In this document: in pieces, positions 17,012 through 25,738 of the stretch
Position numbering within the stretch: position 1 is the stretch's first letter
Layout: each line of letters begins with the position of its first letter
From: Nostoc linckia FACHB-104
Lineage (GTDB): Bacteria; Cyanobacteriota; Cyanobacteriia; Cyanobacteriales; Nostocaceae
Assembly (NCBI GenBank): GCA_014696615.1
Contig: JACJQJ010000063.1
Span: 1-32,000 of the forward strand
DNA: 32,000 nucleotides
Direction of reading: 5' to 3'
The notes under the pieces: generated by a model
Seen by the model: the letters and a program-made list of their open reading frames with translations, nothing else
Told to the model about the DNA's origin: nothing
Databases searched by the model: none
Program-made: the position numbers and the translations under genes

Positions 17012-19408
17012 ATGTTGCACCCAACCATGCCCCAGGACTTCTCCGGACAAAATCTTCGTGGGCGCTCCTTCAGGGGACAAAACCTTGAGGGAGCAAATTT
17101 TAGTTATGCAGATATCCGGGGTGCAGATTTTACCGGGGCGAATCTGAGAGGCGTAAGCTTCCGACACGCTAGAGCAGGACAAGAAATTCGGTGGTCTATA
17201 TGTATATTAATATCTTCATTAATTCTGGCATTACTATCGGGTATTGTTGCAGTAATTGCTGGTAGCAGTCTTTATCATATATTTGTGCTGCCTTTTACAT
17301 TTGTTGTCAATAAAAATTTCTGGTATTTTATTCGAGACTACATATTCATTATTAATTTAATAATATTAGGATTATTTAGTTTTCTATTTTTTCTGTTTAT
17401 CCGGAAAGGACTTGATATAGCTTTAAAAATTGTCACGTTTGTAGGAGCTATCGCTGGTGCAGGTATTGTAGTTATATTTGGCAATACGGCTACGGCTTTA
17501 AAGGGATTATTTAATTACTCGAATCTTTTTAAAAAAGAAGTTGAAAAAGCAGGAGTGCAAATTCCAATTCAAGATAGCATTGTCATAACTGAAGAAACTC
17601 AAAAAGCTCTACAAGTTATTCAAGAGCGTATTCAGGGGGAATTTATCGAGGCTACTAAACCATTAGCTGTAGCTTGGTTTGGATTTATAGCTTTGCTAGT
17701 GTTTGTATCTGTTGCTGGAGTTATAGTTGGAACATTTTCTTTAACCGCAGCTATAGCTGTGGCTGTCAATATAACTGAGGCTTTCACTATTGTCGCAGTT
17801 GGGATTTCCATTCCGTTTGTGATTATTGCAGTAGAAACTGAGAAAATCAACAGGATTTTACTTGACATAACAATGGGGCCTATACTGCAAGAATCTGTTA
17901 GTTACTTGGTAACTTTGAGTTCCAATGCTTGGATATTACTTGGTATTTATCTTAGTTGGCGCTCTTTATCTGGATACAAAAATTTTATTTTGATTCAGAA
18001 ATTTTCTATCGCTATTGCAACAATAGGTGGTACAAACTTTCACAGAGCTAACTTAGTAGATGCTGATTTTACTTATGCAGTGCTTAAAAACACAAATTTT
18101 ACAGCAGCTAATGTAACTCGTACATGCTGGTTAAATACTAAAAAACTAGACCTGGCTCGTGTTGATCAAACTTATCTTGACAATTCACAAGTACGGAAGT
18201 TACTGATTACAGGTGAAGGACAAGGCAAAAGTTTTGACTATCTATTTCTGCGAGGTATTTATTTGCGTGGAGTAAATTTAGCGGAAGCTAGTTTCATAGG
18301 TGCTGATTTAAGTGAAGCTAGCTTGCAGGATGCGAATTTATCCAGAGTTAAACTAAAACAGACGCAATTAGATGGAACTGACTTTACAGGTGCTTGTCTT
18401 ACCGGAGCCTACATAGAAGATTGGGGCATTACCAGTGATACCAATTTTGATGGCGTAAGGTGTGAGTACGTTTATATGCACCTACCCACCAAAGAGAATC
18501 CTGACCCTCTCCGCAAACCAGATAACAATAAAGAAGTTTTTTCAGATGGGGAGTTTGGTGATTTTATCAAGCCAATTGTTGACACACTTGACCTCTACCA
18601 TAACCAAGGTGTTGACCCGCGTGCTATTGCAATTTCCTTTAAGGAGTTAGCAGAGAATCACCCTGATGCAGAGCTTGAAATTGTAGCAATGGAGAAACGA
18701 GGTGAAGATAAGTTTTTACTTCGTGCTAAAACCGCAGCTACGGCTAATAAGTCCCAACTGAGTGCAGAATATTTTGAAATTTATAATCAACTCAAGTCAT
18801 TAGCCGAACAAGAATTAAAAGCATTGATAGCAGAAAAAGATAGCAGAATTCGTAGTTTAGAAACTATGGTCATGACGGCGCTAGAGCGTCCCAGCTTTTA
18901 TTCAAATATTCAAGTAGAAGAGGTAGGTACTATGACAAATAACCCCGGTGGTTTTTCAATTGGTGGTTCAGTTGGCGGCAACGTCAACAACGTTCAAGGT
19001 GACAACAACCGCGCAGTGCAAGGGGACAATAATCAGGCTGTGCTTGGAGACAATAATCAAGTTACACAACAAAATCAAGTGGGTGCAGATAGTTCTGAAT
19101 CGCTCACAAAAGAAGATGTAGTTAAATTACTAGCTCAACTAGAAACTTTGATTAAAGGGGCAGAAATACCAGCCGATACCAAAGAAGAAATAGTAGAAGA
19201 TTTGAGTGCTGCCAAAAAAGCCACAGACAAAGAAGAACCAAATAAGCAACGAGCATTAGACCGTTTGGGAACTGTGGCAGAAACACTTGAAAAAACTAGT
19301 AAGACTGTAGAATCCGGTCATAAAATCTGGGCAACAGCCAAGCCGATTATTATGAAAGTTGCAGCTTGGTTGGGTGCGGCAGCAGGTTCTCACCTTTTGG
19401 GATTGTAA
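17012..19408 (+). CDS. Multipass membrane protein with N-terminal and central pentapeptide repeats and a C-terminal Asn/Gly/Gln octad-repeat motif
   Basis: Pentapeptide repeats (NLRGRSFRGQNLEGANFSYADIRGADFTGANLRGVSF, then NLAEASFIGADLSEASLQDANLSRVKLKQTQLDGTDFTGACL). A hydrophobic region of about 280 aa sits between them. A coiled-coil segment follows, then NVQGDNNRAVQGDNNQAVLGDNNQV. Confidence 0.85.
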   Translation: MLHPTMPQDFSGQNLRGRSFRGQNLEGANFSYADIRGADFTGANLRGVSFRHARAGQEIRWSICILISSLILALLSGIVAVIAGSSLYHIFVLPFTFVVNKNFWYFIRDYIFIINLIILGLFSFLFFLFIRKGLDIALKIVTFVGAIAGAGIVVIFGNTATALKGLFNYSNLFKKEVEKAGVQIPIQDSIVITEETQKALQVIQERIQGEFIEATKPLAVAWFGFIALLVFVSVAGVIVGTFSLTAAIAVAVNITEAFTIVAVGISIPFVIIAVETEKINRILLDITMGPILQESVSYLVTLSSNAWILLGIYLSWRSLSGYKNFILIQKFSIAIATIGGTNFHRANLVDADFTYAVLKNTNFTAANVTRTCWLNTKKLDLARVDQTYLDNSQVRKLLITGEGQGKSFDYLFLRGIYLRGVNLAEASFIGADLSEASLQDANLSRVKLKQTQLDGTDFTGACLTGAYIEDWGITSDTNFDGVRCEYVYMHLPTKENPDPLRKPDNNKEVFSDGEFGDFIKPIVDTLDLYHNQGVDPRAIAISFKELAENHPDAELEIVAMEKRGEDKFLLRAKTAATANKSQLSAEYFEIYNQLKSLAEQELKALIAEKDSRIRSLETMVMTALERPSFYSNIQVEEVGTMTNNPGGFSIGGSVGGNVNNVQGDNNRAVQGDNNQAVLGDNNQVTQQNQVGADSSESLTKEDVVKLLAQLETLIKGAEIPADTKEEIVEDLSAAKKATDKEEPNKQRALDRLGTVAETLEKTSKTVESGHKIWATAKPIIMKVAAWLGAAAGSHLLGL

Positions 19409-19417
19409 AACTGAATT

Positions 19418-20551
19418 ATGAGTCAGTCGCCTGAGAACTTGGAACCACAACAGCCTGATGCAAATTCAACGCAGCAGGCTGATAGTTCCACATCTCAAAA
19501 TGTGGTGCAGGGGAATCAAAATCGAGTTATTCAAGGGAACGACAATAAGGCAGTTTTGGGTAATAGTAACACCGTAGTTTATGGAAACAACAACCAGATA
19601 CAGTTTGTTATTCCCAGCACTGAAAAGTTACAGCAACAGCAACATGAACGGGAAATACCTTCTTTATTACCCTATTTAGCCAACCGTAGCGAGCAGGAGT
19701 TTGAACTAGACAAGTCCATCAAAAAGCTAATAGAAAAAAATCCTCCTTATCCTCTAATCTGTATCATTCATGGTGATGAGTATCAAAGCCATGACAAGTT
19801 TTTAGAACGCTTGCATAAAGTTTCGTTACCTAAGTTTTTAGGACTAGATCCTAACCAAGACTTAATTAAAAAATATCATCTTCCCTGTTCTGCACAATTA
19901 AAGAATACGTATGACTTCTCAGATTACTTACGCAAAAATTTATCAGATAGCGTTACGGGAGATAGTTTAGCTTCTCTAGAAGAAATTAATGATTTTTTCT
20001 ATAAATGTTCTATTCCAGTCCTTGTTCATACTCATTTATTTACTGAACAATGGACAAGGCAAAGATTTGATATTTTGCAGAAGATACTGGATTTTTGGCA
20101 GGAATGGCCTGTTCTTCGGAGTAGCCAAAAAATAATAGTTTGTATATTTATTAAATACAAAACTAGGCGTAAAAAGTATACGAATAATTCGTTTAAAACA
20201 TGGTTATTCAGTTTTATAATTTACTTGTTAAAACAATATCGCCACCAGAGAGTTAATCACAAAATTTGTCGGTATATAGAAACCTTATCACTATCCAACT
20301 TTGAAAAATTTAATCGGTTGTCAGGAGTCGCTTTACCAAAGCTTATTGGAGTGAAACGAGAAGATGTTGAGAATTGGGTTCGTATGGAATATACTCAAAC
20401 CGTCATTGGAGAAGCAATGGCTGATAAACTCTTCAAAGAAATTAGAGAGTTATTTGACAAATGGGAAGAACAAAACTCATCCAATATAATTCCGATGGAT
20501 GATTTAGCTGATAACTTAATCAAACTTCTGAAATCTAATTTATCAGGTTAG
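19418..20551 (+). CDS. Adaptor-like protein: N-terminal octad-repeat motif plus a P-loop-less NTPase-like (possible inactive STAND) domain
   Basis: N-terminal VVQGNQNRVIQGNDNKAVLGNSNTVVYGNNNQIQF matches the C-terminal motif of the upstream protein. It is followed by LLPYLANRSEQEFEL and PLICIIHGDEYQSHDKFLERL with no GxxxxGK[ST]. The inactive-STAND assignment is from memory and tentative. Confidence 0.65.
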   Translation: MSQSPENLEPQQPDANSTQQADSSTSQNVVQGNQNRVIQGNDNKAVLGNSNTVVYGNNNQIQFVIPSTEKLQQQQHEREIPSLLPYLANRSEQEFELDKSIKKLIEKNPPYPLICIIHGDEYQSHDKFLERLHKVSLPKFLGLDPNQDLIKKYHLPCSAQLKNTYDFSDYLRKNLSDSVTGDSLASLEEINDFFYKCSIPVLVHTHLFTEQWTRQRFDILQKILDFWQEWPVLRSSQKIIVCIFIKYKTRRKKYTNNSFKTWLFSFIIYLLKQYRHQRVNHKICRYIETLSLSNFEKFNRLSGVALPKLIGVKREDVENWVRMEYTQTVIGEAMADKLFKEIRELFDKWEEQNSSNIIPMDDLADNLIKLLKSNLSG

Positions 20552-20562
20552 GGAGAAATTAT

Positions 20563-21576
20563 ATGAAGTTTCCGTTTTATGTAGGTGGTAGAACCCGTCA
20601 TGAAAATGAATTACCTGCAAAACTGCCAACTTCTCAGCGTTCTCAATTACTTAAACCAGAAAACTACATTCCAGATCCAGGTTTGAGGGATGCTTGCAAT
20701 GTGGCATTGTTGCTAGGACAACCTTTACTGCTGACTGGCGAACCAGGGACTGGAAAAACTCAATTTGCTTACAGTCTGGCTTGGGAACTAGGCTTTGGTA
20801 CTCCGCTAAAATTTGAAACCAAGTCCACTAGCACTGCCCGTGATTTATTCTACACTTATGATGCTCTAAAGCGGTTTCAGGATATTCAGAATCACTCTAC
20901 CTCAACCAAGCACTTGGATTACATCAATTATCAAGCTCTAGGACTAGCTATTTTACGCACTCGTGAGCCATCTGAGGTAAGTCAATATTTACCACCTGAA
21001 CTTTTACATAAGCAAAAAGTACGTTCTGTTGTACTAATTGATGAAATTGATAAAGCCCCTCGTGACTTCTGCAATGATGTCTTGAATGAGTTAGAACATA
21101 TCTATTTTCGAGTTCTAGAGTTTGGCAATGCAAAAATTGAAGCAGATCCAGAATTACAACCAATTGTGATTATTACTAGTAACTCTGAAAAAAATTTACC
21201 AGATGCCTTTTTACGTCGGTGTATTTATTATAATCTACCGTTTCCAGATGTAGAAACATTGCAGGATATTATTACTAATTATCTTGGCACTTATGTTGGT
21301 CACAGTAGCTCTTTTTTACAAATGGCTTTGGATTTATTCTATAGGTTACGCGCACCGCAAAGTGGATTAAGAAAAAAACCTGCAACTGCTGAGTTATTAA
21401 GTTGGCTAATAACTTTGCAAAAATTCACTTGCGATACAGATAATCCTTTAACTCAACCAGACAATGTCCTTTGTACTCTTAGTACCCTAATTAAAACTGC
21501 TGAAGACCAACAAAAAGCCACTAAAATTGTAGAACAATGGATAAAGGAACAGACAAAGGCATCCCGGATTGGTTAA
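20563..21576 (+). CDS. MoxR-type AAA+ ATPase
   Basis: Walker A LLLTGEPGTGKTQFA, Walker B VVLIDEIDKAPRDFCNDVLNELE and sensor region IVIITSNSEKNLPDAFLRRC. GGGAGA Shine-Dalgarno upstream. Confidence 0.9.
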   Translation: MKFPFYVGGRTRHENELPAKLPTSQRSQLLKPENYIPDPGLRDACNVALLLGQPLLLTGEPGTGKTQFAYSLAWELGFGTPLKFETKSTSTARDLFYTYDALKRFQDIQNHSTSTKHLDYINYQALGLAILRTREPSEVSQYLPPELLHKQKVRSVVLIDEIDKAPRDFCNDVLNELEHIYFRVLEFGNAKIEADPELQPIVIITSNSEKNLPDAFLRRCIYYNLPFPDVETLQDIITNYLGTYVGHSSSFLQMALDLFYRLRAPQSGLRKKPATAELLSWLITLQKFTCDTDNPLTQPDNVLCTLSTLIKTAEDQQKATKIVEQWIKEQTKASRIG

Positions 21577-24335
21577 ATCCTGACAGATTGATAGAGTTGA
21601 TTGAGCTACTAAGGGAAGCAGGGTATAAAATTGGTATTTCCCAGTATATAGCGGCTCAGGATCTAATTCTGTTCCTAATTGCTCAAGAGCCAACTTTAGA
21701 TAATCCACAACGATTGAGAACTTTACTTAGACCAATTTTTTGTAAATCTTTAATTGAGCAGGAAAATTTCCAATACCACTTTGATCATTGGCTAGAGTTA
21801 CTTAAACAAATTAGTCGTACTATTCATACAACAGAAAAAGCAAATTTAGAAACTCAAGAAGCATCGTACCCATCAAAAAAATTCAGCCCACGCTGGCGGC
21901 GATTACAGTGGATTTTGATATTTCTAGCACTTATAACAGGAACTTCTTTACTTCTGATTTATAGAAATAACACACAGACCCAACCAGGGACTAACCAACC
22001 AGGGACTAACCAACCAGGGACTAACCAACCAGGGACTAACCAACCAGGGACTAACCAACCAGGGACTAACCAACCAGGAACTAACCAACCAGGAACTAAC
22101 CAACCAGGAACTAACCAACCAGGGACTAACCAACCAGGAACTAACCAACCAGGAACTAACAATAATCCGAACTCTAAAGTAATCCCAATTAACTGGCAAA
22201 TCACACTTTATTTCTTACTTAGTCTCTGTTTTATTTATATAAGCTTGCGGCTGTTCTGGTTATGGCGAGCTAATTTATTTCTGCAACGCTCCAGTACAAG
22301 AACAATACCAGAGCTACAGACAATTTCAATTCCTGACTTGGAGCAAAATTTATTTTCAAGGAATTTGTTTATAAGAATCGCTAAGGATTTCAGACAGCGC
22401 ATTTTAGTTCCTACTAAAACACTGGATGTAGAGAAAACTATTGACGCATTTTTTCGGCATGGGGGTTGGGTAGAGCCAGTATACTGTAATTATACGGTGA
22501 TTCCAGAATATTTGTTTCTTGTTGAACGCACTAGCTATCGAGATCATCAATCTAAGTTTGTTGCCGAGATGATTGAGAGTCTCAAAAATGATGGAGTTTA
22601 CCTAGAAACTTATTTTTACGATGAAGATCCACGCATTTGCTTTTCAAGTGATGAACATAATTCCCCGCTAAAACTTCATGAAATCGCCACTAAATATCGT
22701 CAGCATTACCTCATTTTGGTTTCGGATACGGAAAAGTTGTTTAGTTCTATTAGTGGTGAATTAGAACCTTGGGTAAATCAACTGTTAGATTGGGAAAACC
22801 GGGCGATTCTCACACCAAAGCCAGTAAAAAATTATGGTTATGAAGAATTTGTACTGGCACAGGATTTTTTTATTTTACCTGCAACACCTAAAGGTTTGCA
22901 GGCATTGAGCCAAAAATTAAAACAGAGAACAGCAACTAATTATTATCCCATTGAAGAGATTCAATTACCTTTGCCTGAGTCTTTACGTACAAGACCTCTG
23001 CGTTGGATTGAGCGCAATTCTCCACCACCTGAAGATATTGATAAAATGCTTGTTTCCTTAGAGGAATATCTTGGTAAGGATAACTTTTACTGGCTTGGGG
23101 CTTGTGCAATCTTTCCACAGTTACATTGGAACATCACTGTTTATTTAGGTAATACTTTCAAAACAGAGGACGGGCATTCTTTGTTAGAATTAGCTTCGCT
23201 AACTAAATTGGCTCGCTTACCTTGGTTTCGTTTTGGATATATACCTGACTGGTTGCGTATTCGCCTGATTTCTAGCCTAACTCATGAACAAGAACATCAA
23301 ATCCGTACTGCGCTCCGAGATTTACTAATAAAAGCTGTTCATGATTCTGTAGGTGGATTGCAATTGGAAGTAGCAACACAATCTTATAGTTTTAGTTCCA
23401 AACTTGTTAATCCAATCCTTCGTATCTTATCTAAACAAGCTTCTGAAGATAGCTTATTAAAAGATTATATTTTTCTAGGCTTTATGACAAGATCGCCTGT
23501 ACTTGCTATAAGTGTACCAAAAGAGTTTAGTCGCTTACTACAAAGACAGAAAAGATATAATTCCTCTAAAAAAACACCACTGCCAAACTACCGTAGGCAC
23601 TTTTTGAAATGGGTTGCAATTAGAGGAGTAGTCTTGGCGACGGTAGTGGTAGTTCTTGAGACTTTACCACTTTATGATTTAAATAATTCTCTTCGGAGGC
23701 TAATAGAAAATATAACAGGTTTTGTAGTTACTGCACTTCTACCTCAAGAACTGAAAACCTTATTAGGGCATGATAACTCTGTCTTGAGTGTGAGTTTTAG
23801 CCCCGACGGTAAGACCTTGGCTTCTGGCAGTGCTGACAACACAATCAAACTCTGGAATTTAGATACAGGAAAGGGAATCCGCACCCTCAACGGGCATAGT
23901 GATTATGTCTATAGCGTAAGTTTTAGCCCCGACGGTAAAACCTTGGCTTCTGGCAGTCGTGACAAGACCATCAAACTCTGGAATCTAGAGACAGGCAAGG
24001 AAATCCGCACCCTCAACGGGCATAGTGATTATGTCTTGAGTGTGAGTTTTAGCCCCGACGGTAAAACCTTAGCTTCTGGCAGTGATGACAACACAATCAA
24101 ACTCTGGAATCTAAATACAGGACAAGAAATCCGCACCCTGAAGGGGCATGATGGCTCTGTCTTGAGTGTGAGTTTTAGCCCCAACGGCAAGACATTGGCT
24201 TCTGGCAGTAGTGACAAGACAATCAAACTCTGGAATCTAGAGACAGGCAAGGAAATCCGCTTTTCATATACTCCCCGACAATTTTCATTTTATCTGCGAA
24301 CCGACAACAACATTGATATCAATCGCCAGGGCTGA
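21537..24335 (+). CDS. CoxE-like vWA protein with TM segments, a PGTNQ repeat linker and a C-terminal WD40 array (apparently truncated)
   Basis: CoxE-like N-terminus (LIELLREAGYKIGISQYIAAQDL ... LRTLLRPIFCKSLIEQENFQYHFDHWL). A LDVEKTIDAFFRHGGWVEPVY segment leads into YLFLVERTSY, where the MIDAS motif would sit, and a later strand reads HYLILVSDTE. Hydrophobic segments WILIFLALITGTSLLLI, ITLYFLLSLCFIYISLRLFWLW and GVVLATVVVVLETL. Four WD40 units (SPDGKTLASGS..TIKLWNL). The first 40 nt overlap the MoxR gene, so the start is uncertain. Confidence 0.85.
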   Translation: MDKGTDKGIPDWLNPDRLIELIELLREAGYKIGISQYIAAQDLILFLIAQEPTLDNPQRLRTLLRPIFCKSLIEQENFQYHFDHWLELLKQISRTIHTTEKANLETQEASYPSKKFSPRWRRLQWILIFLALITGTSLLLIYRNNTQTQPGTNQPGTNQPGTNQPGTNQPGTNQPGTNQPGTNQPGTNQPGTNQPGTNQPGTNQPGTNNNPNSKVIPINWQITLYFLLSLCFIYISLRLFWLWRANLFLQRSSTRTIPELQTISIPDLEQNLFSRNLFIRIAKDFRQRILVPTKTLDVEKTIDAFFRHGGWVEPVYCNYTVIPEYLFLVERTSYRDHQSKFVAEMIESLKNDGVYLETYFYDEDPRICFSSDEHNSPLKLHEIATKYRQHYLILVSDTEKLFSSISGELEPWVNQLLDWENRAILTPKPVKNYGYEEFVLAQDFFILPATPKGLQALSQKLKQRTATNYYPIEEIQLPLPESLRTRPLRWIERNSPPPEDIDKMLVSLEEYLGKDNFYWLGACAIFPQLHWNITVYLGNTFKTEDGHSLLELASLTKLARLPWFRFGYIPDWLRIRLISSLTHEQEHQIRTALRDLLIKAVHDSVGGLQLEVATQSYSFSSKLVNPILRILSKQASEDSLLKDYIFLGFMTRSPVLAISVPKEFSRLLQRQKRYNSSKKTPLPNYRRHFLKWVAIRGVVLATVVVVLETLPLYDLNNSLRRLIENITGFVVTALLPQELKTLLGHDNSVLSVSFSPDGKTLASGSADNTIKLWNLDTGKGIRTLNGHSDYVYSVSFSPDGKTLASGSRDKTIKLWNLETGKEIRTLNGHSDYVLSVSFSPDGKTLASGSDDNTIKLWNLNTGQEIRTLKGHDGSVLSVSFSPNGKTLASGSSDKTIKLWNLETGKEIRFSYTPRQFSFYLRTDNNIDINRQG
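21981..22160 (+). repeat. 15-bp tandem repeat x12 (caaccaggRactaac), in frame, encoding (PGTNQ)n
   Basis: Twelve contiguous units differ only at one synonymous G/A position: units 1-6 and 10 have GGG, units 7-9 and 11-12 have GGA. Confidence 0.95.
23764..24260 (+). repeat. 126-bp periodic, near-identical WD40-coding repeats (4 units)
   Basis: gt(g/a)agttttagcccc recurs at 23790, 23916, 24042 and 24168 with long identical runs between units. Confidence 0.85.
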
Positions 24336-24586
24336 CTTGATTTCAATCCAACCCCTTATCTACACGGCGTATAGACAGATGAGGATTATACCCCTAAGTG
24401 GTCATCACGCTGCAAAGATAAGCTATTTTTATCACTCAACGAAAGAATAGGGATTGTAGCGTTTGCGATTGATAAGTTGAATTTGATAGCTCGTGATCGC
24501 GGTGGGGACGCTAACGTTGGTACAATACTTTGGGGGATTGATTACACGTTTTGTGAATTTGGTGTAATGCCCTGTAAGGTGCAAAA

Positions 24587-25138
24587 ATGAAGGTAGACGG
24601 CAACGGACAAGGCAAGATATTAAGCCAAGACGAATTACGGCGATTGTTCATCGAGGGTTTGCTTACCCCACGCGATCGCGCTCTGTTTGGCATCTGCCTG
24701 TTTACTGGTTGTCGCGTATCAGAAGCGTTGGCTCTCAACATGACTGATATCAAGTCTGGAACCATCACTTTTCGCAAGTCTACCACCAAAGGCAAGTACA
24801 AAACACGGATTGTAGACATTCCGCCAACGTTGGCGGCAATACTTGCAGAGTACCAGCTTAAAGGGGTAGTGATGTTCCCTGGCAAGCGCGGTGTCACAGA
24901 GCGTCTGACCCGATTCATGGCAGACAAGATATTGAGAGAAGCCTGCAAGCGCATTGGGGTAGAAGGAGTTAGCACCCACTCGTTTAGGCGAACTGCCCTG
25001 ACGCAGATGTCCAGTGCGGGGATACCTTTGCGAACTATTCAAGAAATTTCTGGGCATAGCGATTTAGGGACGTTGCAGCGTTATCTGGAGGTCACGCCGG
25101 AGCAGAAGCGGAAGGCGGTTTCGGTGATTGGGTTTTAG
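24587..25138 (+). CDS. Short tyrosine recombinase/integrase (catalytic domain only)
   Basis: GCRVSEALAL (Arg I), HSFRRTALT (HxxR) and GHSDLGTLQRYLEV (His/Tyr). It is 183 aa, and an in-frame stop 9 nt upstream of the ATG rules out a longer N-terminus. Confidence 0.85.
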   Translation: MKVDGNGQGKILSQDELRRLFIEGLLTPRDRALFGICLFTGCRVSEALALNMTDIKSGTITFRKSTTKGKYKTRIVDIPPTLAAILAEYQLKGVVMFPGKRGVTERLTRFMADKILREACKRIGVEGVSTHSFRRTALTQMSSAGIPLRTIQEISGHSDLGTLQRYLEVTPEQKRKAVSVIGF

Positions 25139-25174
25139 ATGGGCTAGATTTGCTTATCCTAAAAATAAACTCCC

Positions 25175-25738
25175 ATGCCCCGTCAACCTCGTCAAATAAA
25201 ACCCGATTACTGCTATCACATAACTACCCGTTGCAATAACCGCGAATTTAAATTGAGTCGTCGGGAATGCCGGGAGGTGTTTCTCTACGCTATTAAAAAA
25301 GCTTTCGATAAATTCAATTTTAAACTTTATGCTCTGTGCATAATGTCGAATCATGTTCACTATTTAATTGAACCATTAGAACCAGAAGACCTGCCCAAAA
25401 TTATGCATTGGCTCAACTGGTATACTGCCATGTGTTTTAATCGAATGCTCAACAGAACTGGTCACTTTTGGGAAAAAAGATATCACAGTTCAGGCTTCCC
25501 TATGACGAATAAAGATAGAGCATTAAATACCTTACGTTATATTCATGCTAACCCCTCTTCAGCAGGTTATTCTTTTGGCTTCTTTTACGAATTTAGCAAC
25601 TATGGTACTTATGACCGTTTAACAGACGATGGGATTACTCAATGGCATCCTGCTTTTCTTGAATTAGGTCAAACTCTAGATGAATGTGCAACAAAGTATC
25701 GCGGTTTTTGTAAACGCTATCGACCACCAAAGAAGTAA
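25175..25738 (+). CDS. REP-associated tyrosine transposase (RAYT) / IS200-like Y1 HUH transposase
   Basis: HUH motif MSNHVHYLIEP and catalytic Tyr region LRYIHANP. 187 aa. Confidence 0.85.
   Translation: MPRQPRQIKPDYCYHITTRCNNREFKLSRRECREVFLYAIKKAFDKFNFKLYALCIMSNHVHYLIEPLEPEDLPKIMHWLNWYTAMCFNRMLNRTGHFWEKRYHSSGFPMTNKDRALNTLRYIHANPSSAGYSFGFFYEFSNYGTYDRLTDDGITQWHPAFLELGQTLDECATKYRGFCKRYRPPKK

Noticed and set aside
21948-22204. Two minus-strand ORFs encoding (WLVS)n and (PGWLV)n
   Set aside because: They are antisense read-throughs of the 15-bp tandem repeat. The plus-strand frame is continuous with a 932-aa protein that has clear domains.
21981-24260. Possible CRISPR-like arrays (15-bp and 126-bp periodicities)
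   Set aside because: The 15-bp units are contiguous with no spacers. The 126-bp units are in-frame WD40 blades. No cas genes are present.
24511-25057. Minus-strand ORFs 24511-24975 and 24719-25057
   Set aside because: They are antisense to the tyrosine recombinase, whose R/HxxR/Y catalytic boxes are all readable on the plus strand.
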